From NCBI GenBank assembly GCA_023144635.1, contig JAGLFH010000037.1, forward strand, positions 26,489 through 90,488: a stretch of DNA of 64,000 bases, read 5' to 3'. Of the stretch, positions 27,206 through 37,547 are shown in pieces (positions within the stretch are counted from its first letter, which is position 1; every line of letters begins with the position of its first letter). Position numbers and translations under genes: made by a program. Under the pieces are notes generated by a model. It saw only the letters and a program-made list of their open reading frames with translations. It ran no database searches and was not told the origin of the DNA. The stretch comes from Candidatus Auribacterota bacterium (GTDB taxonomy: Bacteria; Auribacterota; JAFGBW01; JAFGJP01).

Positions 27206-28408
27206 ATGAAAATTCTAGTAATCAATTCAGGATCCTCATCTATAAAATATGAATTATTTAACGTTCACACTCATGATGAATATACTGTTCTTGCAAAAGG
27301 AGTAGCAGACAGAATAGGAATAAGCGGAGCATATATACAGCATAAAAAAAATGATGAGGAGGAAGCTATTATTGATATGGATCTTCCAAATCATACAACA
27401 GCAATAGATGCGATTCATAAACTACTTGTCGACCATCAGCATGGCGTTATTGAAAACATCAGCGAAGTAGAAGGTGTCGGGCATAGAGTTGTACACGGAG
27501 GTGAAGATTTTACAGGCTCTGTTCTTGTTGGCAAACAGGTGATAGAAGCTATTAAAAAAAACTCTGAACTTGCCCCCCTTCACAACCCGCCTAACCTCCT
27601 TGGAATAGAAGCAACAAGTAAAACTCTCCCCTCTGTTCCACAGGTAGCAGTTTTTGATACTGCTATTCATCAGACAATGCCGCCAAAAGCATATTTATAC
27701 GGCTTATCTATTGAACAATATAAAAAATATGCTATTAGAAGATACGGGTTTCATGGAACATCGCACGGATATGTTTCAAAAAAAGCAGCAGAAACAGTCG
27801 GTAAATCACTAAAGGAACTAAAAATTATAACATGTCATCTTGGTAACGGTGGATCTATTACAGCATTTTTAGATGGTAAATCAGTTGATACTTCAATGGG
27901 ATTTACTCCTTTAGAAGGAATAATTATGGGAACACGCTGCGGTGATCTTGACCCATTCATACCAATTTATATTATGGAAACACAAGACATGACGCATGAG
28001 GAAGTCAATATCCTTATGAATAAAAAGGGCGGGCTATTAGCATTAACCGGAAAAAGAGATATGAGAGATGTCCTTCAAGAAGCTAAACAAGGCAGCATCG
28101 ATGCAATAAACGGAATAGAGATGTATGTATATAGAATACAAAAATATATAGGTGCCTATGCTGCTGCTATGAATGGGGTAGATGTTATTGTGTTTACTGC
28201 CGGAATAGGAGAAAACAGCTTTTATATCAGAGAAAAAATACTTAAAAACTTTAGTTACCTTGGCCTGATCTTAGATACTGAAGCAAATAATAATAATGAA
28301 ATTATAATATCCACAGAAGATTCCAGCATTTATGCAATGGCCATCAAAACAAATGAAGAACTAGTAATAGCAACAGAGACATTTGATATCATCTCTAAAA
28401 AATCGTGA
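27206..28408 (+). CDS. ackA: acetate kinase
   Basis: 400 aa; MKILVINSGSSSIKYELF N-terminus, VGHRVVHGG, GFHGTSH acetate/propionate kinase signatures. Confidence 0.92.
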   Translation: MKILVINSGSSSIKYELFNVHTHDEYTVLAKGVADRIGISGAYIQHKKNDEEEAIIDMDLPNHTTAIDAIHKLLVDHQHGVIENISEVEGVGHRVVHGGEDFTGSVLVGKQVIEAIKKNSELAPLHNPPNLLGIEATSKTLPSVPQVAVFDTAIHQTMPPKAYLYGLSIEQYKKYAIRRYGFHGTSHGYVSKKAAETVGKSLKELKIITCHLGNGGSITAFLDGKSVDTSMGFTPLEGIIMGTRCGDLDPFIPIYIMETQDMTHEEVNILMNKKGGLLALTGKRDMRDVLQEAKQGSIDAINGIEMYVYRIQKYIGAYAAAMNGVDVIVFTAGIGENSFYIREKILKNFSYLGLILDTEANNNNEIIISTEDSSIYAMAIKTNEELVIATETFDIISKKS

Positions 28409-28431
28409 TTCGTAATTGGCGGATTTATAAT

Positions 28432-28480
28432 TCGCCCCTATCGCAGATTCGCCAGCACTTTGTGGAGGACTAACTTTTTT
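28432..28480 (+). repeat. intergenic repeat module (CTATCGCAGATTCGCCAGCACTTTGTGGAGGACT)
   Basis: cgcccctatcgcagattcgccagcactttgtggaggactaactttttt. Confidence 0.6.
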
Positions 28481-28483
28481 ACC

Positions 28484-28520
28484 GTTTTACAAGGGCGGAT
28501 TTAGAATCCGCCCCTACATA
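28484..28520 (+). repeat. REP-like hairpin unit
   Basis: acaaGGGCGGATTtagAATCCGCCCctacata; identical core at 55528-55548. Confidence 0.75.
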
Positions 28521-28597
28521 CCTTTTATGTTTTTTGCTTTTATTTTTTTCTGTCTTCTGGTTTTTCCAATCTGTGTGGTCTGTGCAACTTTTATTTA

Positions 28598-29269
28598 TTA
28601 TTGTGTTACAGGTGCACCAGCAGGAACTTTAGCCATTCCTTTTGCTATTGCATCTTTTATGAGCTGTCCTATATCTGCCTTATATTCCTTGTTAGGAATA
28701 CCTGCATTATCTGCAAGTGATTTAATCTTTTTTAAAGCTGTTTTAAGCTCTTCATCTGTTACTACTTTTTTGAAATTCTTATTGGTGTTACCACCTGAAG
28801 TTTGAGATGTAACCATTATTGATTCCATTGCAGATTCTAGCTGATTACCATTAATGTTTTCTTTTACCATACCATGCATAGCGCGAGAAAGAGTTATCCG
28901 GGCTGCTGTTTTTTCTTCTGCTGTCAATTTTGATTTCTCTATATAGCCTGCTTCAAAACCACGTACCATAATAGCACCCACAAGAGATTCCTGAGCAAGT
29001 GCTTCCATTATAGCTGCTCCCTGCTGAGCACTTATTTTTCCATCACGTATATCTTGAGTAAAAGAACTTATAGCACTTTTAGCTTTTTTAAATTCTTCTT
29101 CAGGAAGACCCAGTTCCTTTAACATTGCATCTGAAGCTTTTTCTATACCTATAGCTGCCAGTTTAGGAAGATTCTTAAAAGCAAGATATCCGCCTATTCC
29201 ACCTAATAAAACAACCACGACACAACCTATTGCAAATAGCTTCCAGCAACCGCCCTTTTTTTCTGACAT
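28598..29269 (-). CDS. hypothetical membrane-anchored protein
   Basis: ORF track starts at 29368, but that N-terminal extension overlaps repeat hairpins; ATG at 29269 has AAGGAGA SD 6 nt upstream and gives MSEKKGGCWKLFAIGCVVVVLLGG (TM anchor). Confidence 0.55.
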   Translation of the reverse strand: MSEKKGGCWKLFAIGCVVVVLLGGIGGYLAFKNLPKLAAIGIEKASDAMLKELGLPEEEFKKAKSAISSFTQDIRDGKISAQQGAAIMEALAQESLVGAIMVRGFEAGYIEKSKLTAEEKTAARITLSRAMHGMVKENINGNQLESAMESIMVTSQTSGGNTNKNFKKVVTDEELKTALKKIKSLADNAGIPNKEYKADIGQLIKDAIAKGMAKVPAGAPVTQ

Positions 29270-29421
29270 ACTATTTCTCCTTTTTATTATTATGTTTATA
29301 AATACAGTAATCCAGTTACATAAAAAAATCAAAGGATTTCCGAATATTGGATAAAACAAAAGAAGCATGTTTCATAAGTTATTCGCTTATAAAACATGCT
29401 TCTGATAAAATTTAAATTGAA

Positions 29422-30636
29422 TTACATATTTTCGATTATTTTTTCTGCAAATTCTGAACACTTAAGAAGTGTTGCACCTTCTATCTGTCTGTGCAGATCA
29501 TATGTAACTGTTTTTTTGTGGATCGCACCGCTAATACCAACAAATATTAGATGAGCTGCTTCCTTCCATCCCATATATTCAAGCATAAGTTTTGCAGAAA
29601 GTATGAGTGAGCCCGGATTGACTTTATCCTCGCCAGCATATTTCGGAGCTGTTCCGTGTGTAGCTTCAAAAACAGCTATGCCATCTCCTATATTAGCACC
29701 GGGAGCAAGACCAAGTCCTCCTACCTGAGCTGCAAGCGCATCTGACATATAATCACCATTAAGATTAGGCATTGCAAGTACGCTGTACTCCAAAGGACGA
29801 AGCAATATCTGCTGGAACATAGCATCAGCTATTCTGTCCTTTATGAGAATTTTACCCGCAGGCATTTTCCCATCATGCTCTTTCCATAACTCTTCTTCTG
29901 ATATCGTTTTATCACCAAAATTCTCTTTTGCTTCCATGTATCCCCAATCACGGAACGCCCCTTCTGTAAATTTCATAATATTACCTTTATGAACTAAAGT
30001 CACGGAGTCACGGCCATTATCAATTGCATATTGTATTGCTTTATGGACAAGACGTCTTGTTCCTTCAGGAGATATAGGTTTTATTCCAATACCAGATGAA
30101 GTACGTATATTACACCCCATCTCTTTATTTAAAAAGCTTAATACTTTTTCTGCTTCATCACTTTTACTGCTCCATTCAATACCAGCATAAACATCTTCAG
30201 TATTTTCACGAAAAATTATCATATCAACTTTCTCTGGCGCTTTAACAGGACTTGGTACTCCAGGAATATACTGAACAGGACGCACACAAGCATAAAGTTC
30301 CAACTTTTGCCTAATAGCAACATTAAGGCTTCTTATTCCTCCACCAACAGGAGTTGTTAAAGGCCCTTTGATTGCCACACGATATTTTTTTATTTCTTCC
30401 AAAGTCTCATCAGGCAAATAATCACCCATTTTTTCATTGGCCTTTTCACCTGCATAGATCTGTTTCCATTCGATCTCTTTCTTTCCGTTATAGGCTTTCT
30501 TTATAGAAGCATCAATAACAGATCTTGTGGCTCTCCATATATCCGGCCCAATGCCATCACCTTCAATATAAGGTATTACCGGTTTATCAGGCACAACAAG
30601 AGTACCATCGTCTTTTAACTCTATAATAGACATCAA
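29422..30636 (-). CDS. icd: isocitrate dehydrogenase (NADP-dependent)
   Basis: 404 aa; long identical stretches to the canonical prokaryotic Icd as remembered ([56 protein letters not shown]). Confidence 0.95.
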   Translation of the reverse strand: MMSIIELKDDGTLVVPDKPVIPYIEGDGIGPDIWRATRSVIDASIKKAYNGKKEIEWKQIYAGEKANEKMGDYLPDETLEEIKKYRVAIKGPLTTPVGGGIRSLNVAIRQKLELYACVRPVQYIPGVPSPVKAPEKVDMIIFRENTEDVYAGIEWSSKSDEAEKVLSFLNKEMGCNIRTSSGIGIKPISPEGTRRLVHKAIQYAIDNGRDSVTLVHKGNIMKFTEGAFRDWGYMEAKENFGDKTISEEELWKEHDGKMPAGKILIKDRIADAMFQQILLRPLEYSVLAMPNLNGDYMSDALAAQVGGLGLAPGANIGDGIAVFEATHGTAPKYAGEDKVNPGSLILSAKLMLEYMGWKEAAHLIFVGISGAIHKKTVTYDLHRQIEGATLLKCSEFAEKIIENM

Positions 30637-30651
30637 TTTCTCCTTCCTTTT

Positions 30652-31818
30652 TTACTTGCTCAACTCTTTAGCAAACTCTTCAATACGATCAAGTCCGCGC
30701 TTTATTGTCTCTTCATCAGATGCATAAGAAAGCCTTATATTTTCATCTACTCCAAATGCTTTACCCGGTACTACTGCAACATTTTTTTCTTTAAGTATTT
30801 TCTCTGCAAATTCAAATGATCCCAGTCCAAGTTCTTTTATATTTGGGAAAACATAAAAAGCTCCTTCAGGAATATTACAGGTTATACCCGGTATGTCTCC
30901 AAGACGGTTTACAATATAATCGCGCCTTTTTTCAAAAGCCTGTCTCATCTTATTTATCTCGTCATCCACCCAAAAAGAATTTTCTAATCCCCGCATTATA
31001 ATAGACACTGGATTTGAAGTACTGTGGCTCTGAAGCTTTGATATACCTTTTACTACCTCAACAGGTCCTGCAATATAGCCTATTCGAAGACCTGTCATTG
31101 AATATGATTTTGAACATCCGTTTACAACGATTGTCTGCTTAAATATATCTTCGTTAAGAGAAGCAATCGATACATGTGTTGCAGGAGAATATATGATCTT
31201 TTCATAGATCTCATCAGATATTACAATAATATTTTTCTTAACGCAAAGTTCAGCGATTTTCTCAAGATCTTCTTTTTTATAAACAGCCCCGGTAGGATTA
31301 CACGGACTATTGATTATAAGAAGCTTTGTGCGGGATGTTATTTTGCAAGATATCTCTTCTGCAGTAAGCCTGAAGCCGTTTTCTTCATGGCACTTTACTG
31401 AAATCGGTTTTCCTCCTGCAAGCTTTACCATCTCAGGATAACTTACCCAGTATGGATCAGGTATAAGTACTTCATCATCCGAATCTATAAGAGTAAGTAT
31501 TATATTAAATATAGAATGCTTAGCTCCACATGATATAACTACATTTTCCGGCAAATAATCAAGCCCGTTATCTTTTTTAAATTTTTCACACACAAGCTCT
31601 TTTAATCTTAATGTTCCGGTTGCCGGAGTATATTTTGTAAAACCTTCATCTAATGCTTTTTTGATACTTTCCTTAACAAGAGAAGGTGTATCAAAATCCG
31701 GCTCCCCTGCACCAAAACTTATTACATCAAGCCCCTCGCTTTTCATTTTTTTTGCTTTGCTTGTTATAGCAAGTGTAGGAGAAGCCTCTATACGCGATAT
31801 TCTTTTTGAAATCTTCAT
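30652..31818 (-). CDS. aspartate / aromatic aminotransferase (class I PLP-dependent)
   Basis: 388 aa; GAGEPDF, NSPCNPTG and PLP-lysine region GCSKSYSMTGLRIGY. Confidence 0.85.
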   Translation of the reverse strand: MKISKRISRIEASPTLAITSKAKKMKSEGLDVISFGAGEPDFDTPSLVKESIKKALDEGFTKYTPATGTLRLKELVCEKFKKDNGLDYLPENVVISCGAKHSIFNIILTLIDSDDEVLIPDPYWVSYPEMVKLAGGKPISVKCHEENGFRLTAEEISCKITSRTKLLIINSPCNPTGAVYKKEDLEKIAELCVKKNIIVISDEIYEKIIYSPATHVSIASLNEDIFKQTIVVNGCSKSYSMTGLRIGYIAGPVEVVKGISKLQSHSTSNPVSIIMRGLENSFWVDDEINKMRQAFEKRRDYIVNRLGDIPGITCNIPEGAFYVFPNIKELGLGSFEFAEKILKEKNVAVVPGKAFGVDENIRLSYASDEETIKRGLDRIEEFAKELSK

Positions 31819-32987
31819 TATAAATACTCCTTTATTACTTTTTTAAAATAATTCTCTTTAATTCCTATTATTTTCATTTCACGCAAAGCATTTTTCGGAG
31901 AATCAGAAGCATGAGCAGTGTTTTCCATAACATTCTGACCAAATTCTTTTCTGACCGTAGAAACTGCAGCTTTTGAAGGATCTGTAGAACCAAGCTGATC
32001 ACGTATTTTTTCAATAGCATTATATCCCTGATAACAAAGAGCAAGACATTTTACTTTACCACGTGCTTTTTTTTCTTTTGCAGATATCGACTTTGTCAGA
32101 TCATATCCTGTCATAAAATTAACGATTTGATTAAAACTCGTTTCAGCATTTAATCCCTTTAACTTCTCTGTGATAGAATCTACTAGTTTTGAAGGAATAT
32201 CAAAAGGGAATGCATCATTCAAAGAATTCTCTACTTTATTTCTTACCATAAATTTCAATTTTTCCCTCAAAACTTCTTTTACAGGCCCGTAAAACTCTTC
32301 TGCCTGAGAAACACTCATCTGAAGGACTTTTGCACCTATTATAAAAAGACCTGTCCTTGAAAAAGAATCTATAATATTACCGGGACGGCCTGAAGGAAAT
32401 CTAAAATTATCGGGCTTTATAAGTACAAGCGTTTTCTGAACCTTTTCCATTTTACGATAGCTTACTACATCTTCAAGAAGACCACCTTCTTTATCACTAT
32501 ACTTTGCAAGTATTTCTAATTGTTTTTTTGTCTCACTAATTGAAACACCGGTTACTACTGCAGGCTCAAAATATTTTATATTTCCATCCACATCCTGAAT
32601 ATAATCACCATAAGTCTCACGTATAGTCTCACCGCCGCTATCTGTTGATACAGCCCCAACAACGTTTTTTAATTTTTCAACTGCCTCGTCACCTTTAAAA
32701 AGAAGACACATCACACGCTTTCTTTCTCCGGTGACTTTATCAGGCGCATAGTTTTCGTACAAGTATTTAACAAATAACTCTCTTACCTTTGCCTTATGTT
32801 TTTTATCTGTTATAACTTCTCTTATTGCCTCAACATATTCATCTATCATTTTTTTTGAAGGAGCAAACATCCTTGCACCTATAAGCTCAAGTTGCGTTCT
32901 TGCAAGAAGCCGGCTTATAATACCACCTGTGCGGGATTTTCTTAGGGAATACGGATTAATGAAAACATATCCTATCTCTTTTGCCAT
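31818..32987 (-). CDS. tandem nucleoside-diphosphate-kinase-like domain protein
   Basis: 389 aa. C-terminal half has NDK motifs (KTLVLIKPDNF...GNIIDSF...EEFYG...NTAHASDS with putative catalytic His); N-terminal half is a degenerate NDK-like repeat (GYVFINPYSL...GGIISRLL) lacking the His motif. Confidence 0.6.
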   Translation of the reverse strand: MAKEIGYVFINPYSLRKSRTGGIISRLLARTQLELIGARMFAPSKKMIDEYVEAIREVITDKKHKAKVRELFVKYLYENYAPDKVTGERKRVMCLLFKGDEAVEKLKNVVGAVSTDSGGETIRETYGDYIQDVDGNIKYFEPAVVTGVSISETKKQLEILAKYSDKEGGLLEDVVSYRKMEKVQKTLVLIKPDNFRFPSGRPGNIIDSFSRTGLFIIGAKVLQMSVSQAEEFYGPVKEVLREKLKFMVRNKVENSLNDAFPFDIPSKLVDSITEKLKGLNAETSFNQIVNFMTGYDLTKSISAKEKKARGKVKCLALCYQGYNAIEKIRDQLGSTDPSKAAVSTVRKEFGQNVMENTAHASDSPKNALREMKIIGIKENYFKKVIKEYL

Positions 32988-33277
32988 ATAAATACCTCTC
33001 TTTTACTTTTAATTAACCCGTCTACGACGGGGACTTTTTTTAGCCACTAAGGGACACTAAGAATTACTAAGAGGCAGCAAAGCTGCCTTTTTTTGATACA
33101 CACTTCCTCTTTTTTTCCCTTCGTGCCTTCTTCGTGAACTTCGCGGTTAATTCACTTTTTTTAAAAAAGGAAATTCTTATATGTTTTAATTATAAAAAAC
33201 TTTGCTTTTTAAAAGTTTGAATAGTATATATTATTATCATCATTTTTAAAAATATTTTTTTAATTTGGAGTACTATA

Positions 33278-33715
33278 ATGAAGATTGTTGCCCAGCGTGT
33301 TAAAAAAGCTTCTGTGTTTGTTGATGGAAAAGAAATCGCTAGCATGAATAAAGGTACTCTCATATATTTTGCTGCTGCTAAAGAAGATAATAAAAAAAAT
33401 GCTGACTGGCTTGCAGATAAAATCTTAAGCCTCAGGATATTTGAAGATGAATTTGGGAAAATGAACAGGTCTTTAATCGATGTAAAGGGAAGCTTAATGG
33501 TAGTTCCACAATTTACTCTTTACGGAAATTGCAGAAAAGGCAAAAGACCGGGTTTTGATGAAAGTGCCTCTCCTGAAACAGCTAATGAACTATTCAAATA
33601 CTTCGTAAATAAGCTAAAAGAATCTTCTATTCCGGTATATACAGGTAAATTCCGATCCCACATGGAAGTTACAAGCATAAATGACGGCCCTGTTACTTTT
33701 ATAATCGAAAAATAA
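33278..33715 (+). CDS. dtd: D-aminoacyl-tRNA deacylase
   Basis: 145 aa; MKIVAQRVKKASV N-terminus and C-terminal NDGPVT (SQFTL / GPVT motifs); GGAG SD. Confidence 0.9.
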   Translation: MKIVAQRVKKASVFVDGKEIASMNKGTLIYFAAAKEDNKKNADWLADKILSLRIFEDEFGKMNRSLIDVKGSLMVVPQFTLYGNCRKGKRPGFDESASPETANELFKYFVNKLKESSIPVYTGKFRSHMEVTSINDGPVTFIIEK

Positions 33716-33990
33716 GACTCAATAAAACGTGGTGCGTGATGCGTTGTGAGTTATGCGTTCAAGGAGCACTGCGTAATAAAAAACGTCATTCGTCGTTCGG
33801 GATTCGTGGTTCGTTCAAGGAGCGCTTCCGCCTTCGTTAAAACTATGGCGAGACAGGAAAGCGAGATAAAAAAACATTAAAAGCGTGATTCGGGGTTCGT
33901 AGTTCGTAAATGGAGAGAACACAGAGTCATGAACCACGTCCTAAACCACATAGGGTTCAGGATAAACAGAAAAAGTAAAAGGTAAAATGT

Positions 33991-34025
33991 GAGTAGGGTT
34001 CTGGCCTGCCTGAACCGTGTAAAAG
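33991..34025 (-). repeat. REP-like hairpin unit (inverted orientation)
   Basis: Plus strand gaGTAGGGTTCtggcctgcctGAACCgtgtaaaag; identical core at 43158-43187. Confidence 0.6.
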
Positions 34026-34231
34026 ATAAAATGTGAAAGTAAGAAAGGGTTACAGCGTTCAAGGTTATTCGATGGAGTTTATTCTGAGCGGAGTCTAAGA
34101 TCCATTCACGAAGAACACGAAAGACAAATTACGAATACCCCTATTTTCTCCCCCTCTGTCCTCTGCTTTCCGGGCTTTTTCTTCAGTCTTGAGTCTGGTG
34201 TCTTGAGTCTTGAGTCTTACATAAAAATCCC

Positions 34232-34260
34232 TTGTTTATTATATATAAAATGTATATAAT
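34232..34260 (+). promoter_or_regulatory. candidate sigma70-type promoter upstream of purQ
   Basis: TTGTTT (34232-34237), 17-nt spacer, TATAAT (34255-34260), about 38 nt before the purQ ATG. Confidence 0.35.
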
Positions 34261-34297
34261 GCCATTCCCTGAAACCTGAAAAATAAAGGAATCTAAT

Positions 34298-34993
34298 ATG
34301 AAGTTCGGAGTTGTTGTTTTTCCCGGTTCTAATTGTAATGAAGACTGTTACTGGGCTCTTAAAAATGATATTGGCGTTGATGTCAGATATATATGGCACA
34401 AATCAACTGAAATCGATGATCTGGACGCAATCGTCCTTCCGGGCGGATTCAGTTACGGAGATTATTTAAGAGTAGGGTCCATTGCGCGATTTTCACCTGT
34501 TATGAATTCAGTTATCGACTTTGCTAAAAAGGGAAAACTTGTGATCGGGATATGTAATGGCTTTCAAATCCTTTTGGAAGCAGGACTGCTTCCCGGAGCT
34601 ATGCTTAAGAACAAACATTTAAGTTTTATATGCAAATACGTATCTCTAAAAGTAGAGAATTCATCTACACCTTTTACTATAGAAACTAAAGATCATAATA
34701 CATTAAACATTCCTATCGCTCACGGAGAAGGAAATTATTATATAGATAATAACGGACTTGATGAGTTAAAAAAGAATAACCAAATAGTATTTAAGTATTC
34801 TAATAAAGATGGAAAAACTGATGATAATACAAATCCCAATGGTTCAGTTGAAAATATAGCCGGTATCTGCAACAAAGAGAAAAATGTTCTCGGAATGATG
34901 CCGCATCCTGAAAGGTGCTGCAACGCTAATTTAGGTTCCGTGGACGGACAATCTATATTTTTATCCATGAAAAATTTTATTAAGCAGAATTAG
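34298..34993 (+). CDS. purQ: phosphoribosylformylglycinamidine synthase subunit PurQ (glutaminase)
   Basis: 231 aa; [26 protein letters not shown], catalytic GICNGFQ and HPER triad. Confidence 0.92.
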   Translation: MKFGVVVFPGSNCNEDCYWALKNDIGVDVRYIWHKSTEIDDLDAIVLPGGFSYGDYLRVGSIARFSPVMNSVIDFAKKGKLVIGICNGFQILLEAGLLPGAMLKNKHLSFICKYVSLKVENSSTPFTIETKDHNTLNIPIAHGEGNYYIDNNGLDELKKNNQIVFKYSNKDGKTDDNTNPNGSVENIAGICNKEKNVLGMMPHPERCCNANLGSVDGQSIFLSMKNFIKQN

Positions 34994-35002
34994 GAGCTAT
35001 TT

Positions 35003-37240
35003 ATGTATAAAGATCAACCCGTAACTGACAAACTTGTAGAAGAACACGGTATTTCTCCTGAAGAACATGTAAATATAAAAAAGATGCTCGGAAATAGAGA
35101 AATGAATTTTACCGAGCTTGGACTTTTTTCGGTAATGTGGTCAGAACACTGTAGTTATAAGAACAGCAAACCTCTTTTAAAAACATTACCAAACACCGGA
35201 GATAACATACTTGTCGGAGCCGGAGAAGAAAATGCCGGTGTTATAGATATTGGCGACGGCTGGGCAATATCCTTTAAAATAGAATCTCACAACCACCCTT
35301 CTGCTATTGAACCTTTTCAGGGAGCAGCTACAGGTGTAGGCGGTATAATACGTGATATTTTTACTATGGGAGCAAAACCGATCGCTGTAATGGATTCATT
35401 AAGATTCGGTGATCCATCAAAGCCACGTACAAAATGGTTAGCAAATGGAGTAGTTGCAGGTATTGCTCATTATGGAAACTGCATTGGACTTCCCACAATA
35501 GCAGGGGAGACTTTTTTCGATTCGTCCTATGAAACAAATCCTCTTGTTAACGCCTTTTGCCTTGGAATATTAAGACATGAACATCTTGCAAAAGGAGCGG
35601 CTACAGGTGTAGGTAATCCTGTGTTTTATGTAGGAGCGGCTACAGGACGTGATGGAATTCATGGAGCAACGTTTGCATCAGAAGACCTTGATGATTCTTC
35701 TGAAGAAAGACGCTCTGCTGTTCAAGTAGGAGATCCTTTTATGGAAAAGCTTCTTATGGAAGCATGCCTTGAACTCTTAAAGACCGGTGCTGTTGTTGGT
35801 ATTCAGGATATGGGTGCAGCAGGCCTTGCATGTTCCTGTTCTGAGACGGCAAGTAGAGGTAACGCAGGAACTGATGTAGACCTTTCCCTCGTGCCACAGC
35901 GTGAAGAAGGAATGATACCTTACGAGATCCTGTGTTCAGAATCACAGGAACGTATGCTTGTTATCGTCAAAAAAGGAAGAGAAAAAGAAGTTAATGATAT
36001 ATTTGAAAAATGGGATCTTCATGCTGTTCAAATAGGAACAGTTATTGACGGAGAAAAAATGATCGTCCGCAACAACGGTGAAATCGTTGCTGATGTAAAA
36101 GCAAAAGACCTTACGGACAATGTTCCTGAATATACAAGAAAAGTTATTGAGGCAGATTATTTCAGCAAACTCAAAGAGCAAAATGATAAAGATATTGAAA
36201 AAGCACTTGCTAAAAATAATTTAGATCATAATAATTCTCTATCAAAACTTCTCTCATCACCAAATATTGCAAGTAAACATGAAATATACGAGCAGTATGA
36301 TCATATGGTAAAAACAAATTCTACTGTTCTTCCGGGTTCTGATGCTGCAGTACTTTTAGTAAAAGAAGCAGACAAGATCCTTGCCATGACTACTGATTGT
36401 AATGGACGTTACTGCTACGGAGATCCATTTACAGGAGCAAAAATAGCTGTTAGCGAAGCAGCAAGAAATCTTACATGCAGCGGAGCAACACCAATTGCCG
36501 TTACTAACTGCCTTAATTTTGGTAATCCATATAATAGTGATGTTTACTGGCAGTTCAATCTGGCCATAAAAGGCATGAGTGAGGCCTGCATTAAATTTGA
36601 CACACCTGTAACAGGAGGAAATGTCAGCTTCTATAACCAAAATCCTGATGGTGCTGTCTTCCCCACTCCTGTAATAGGAATGGTGGGATTAATAGAAAAA
36701 AAAGAACACATAACTTCTCAATTTTTTAAGGAAGCAGGTGATATGATAGTACTCCTTGGGCCTGTAGGAGAAGAATTAGGTGCCTCTGAATACATGAACG
36801 TAATAGAAGGTGTCTCAATTGGAACACCCCCAGCATGCGACCTTGAAATGGAATACAATATTCAGAGCTTTTGTAGAGAATCTATTAAAAGCGGATTTGT
36901 TAGTTCTGCTCATGACATTTCAGAAGGCGGACTTGCGGTATCTTTAGCAGAATGCTGTTTTTCTTCCCTTGGACATCTTGGAGCTGCAATAGAACTTCCA
37001 TATGAAATAGTAAATAATACAAGTGCTCTTTTTGGAGAGACACAATCACGTATAATACTTTCCATTAAAAAAGATAAAATTAAAGATTTCATGAATTTTA
37101 GTGCAAATTATCGCGTTCCATTCTGTGAAATCGGCAAAGTTACTGAAGAAAAAGATCTTATTATTTCAGCTAAAGGAAAAAAATTAATAGAAAGATCTAT
37201 TAATGATCTTTTTGATTCCTGGATGATAGGAGTGCTTTAA
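35003..37240 (+). CDS. purL: phosphoribosylformylglycinamidine synthase subunit PurL
   Basis: 745 aa; FSVMWSEHCSYK, ESHNHPS, two AIR-synthase-related domains. Confidence 0.95.
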   Translation: MYKDQPVTDKLVEEHGISPEEHVNIKKMLGNREMNFTELGLFSVMWSEHCSYKNSKPLLKTLPNTGDNILVGAGEENAGVIDIGDGWAISFKIESHNHPSAIEPFQGAATGVGGIIRDIFTMGAKPIAVMDSLRFGDPSKPRTKWLANGVVAGIAHYGNCIGLPTIAGETFFDSSYETNPLVNAFCLGILRHEHLAKGAATGVGNPVFYVGAATGRDGIHGATFASEDLDDSSEERRSAVQVGDPFMEKLLMEACLELLKTGAVVGIQDMGAAGLACSCSETASRGNAGTDVDLSLVPQREEGMIPYEILCSESQERMLVIVKKGREKEVNDIFEKWDLHAVQIGTVIDGEKMIVRNNGEIVADVKAKDLTDNVPEYTRKVIEADYFSKLKEQNDKDIEKALAKNNLDHNNSLSKLLSSPNIASKHEIYEQYDHMVKTNSTVLPGSDAAVLLVKEADKILAMTTDCNGRYCYGDPFTGAKIAVSEAARNLTCSGATPIAVTNCLNFGNPYNSDVYWQFNLAIKGMSEACIKFDTPVTGGNVSFYNQNPDGAVFPTPVIGMVGLIEKKEHITSQFFKEAGDMIVLLGPVGEELGASEYMNVIEGVSIGTPPACDLEMEYNIQSFCRESIKSGFVSSAHDISEGGLAVSLAECCFSSLGHLGAAIELPYEIVNNTSALFGETQSRIILSIKKDKIKDFMNFSANYRVPFCEIGKVTEEKDLIISAKGKKLIERSINDLFDSWMIGVL

Positions 37241-37381
37241 AAAAGTGTTGAGTGTTAAGTTTTGAGTGATGAGTTGAAGGAGCACTTCGTGCGAAGATAG
37301 ATACAAGATACAGGATAAAAACAAGAACAGAAGACAGAGGACAGAAAGAATAGAATTACATTTAACAAATTATTGAGGTTG

Positions 37382-37424
37382 CTTTCACGTGACCACGTTG
37401 ACACGTGGAACGTGACTCACGTAG
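37382..37424 (+). repeat. CACGTG-rich 41-nt repeat module (copy 2)
   Basis: Identical to 5623-5663; lies between purL and purF. Confidence 0.7.
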
Positions 37425-37547
37425 CACCCTACTGCTTAGCTTTGCAAGCAAAACTAAGCAAAAATCAGAGTTCGCAATAACGAAATTTTACTTTTATATT
37501 TAACTAACAACTAACTTGAAAAACAATTTCTACTAAAAGCTAAAATT

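Noticed and set aside
34100-34297. Purine riboswitch or PurR box upstream of purQ
   Set aside because: I could not recognise the conserved purine-riboswitch junction sequences by eye; only a sigma70-like promoter is evident. Would need a covariance-model scan.
35754-37092. Several 60-95-aa ORFs on the minus strand within purL
   Set aside because: Antisense to a highly conserved CDS; no SD; shadow ORFs.
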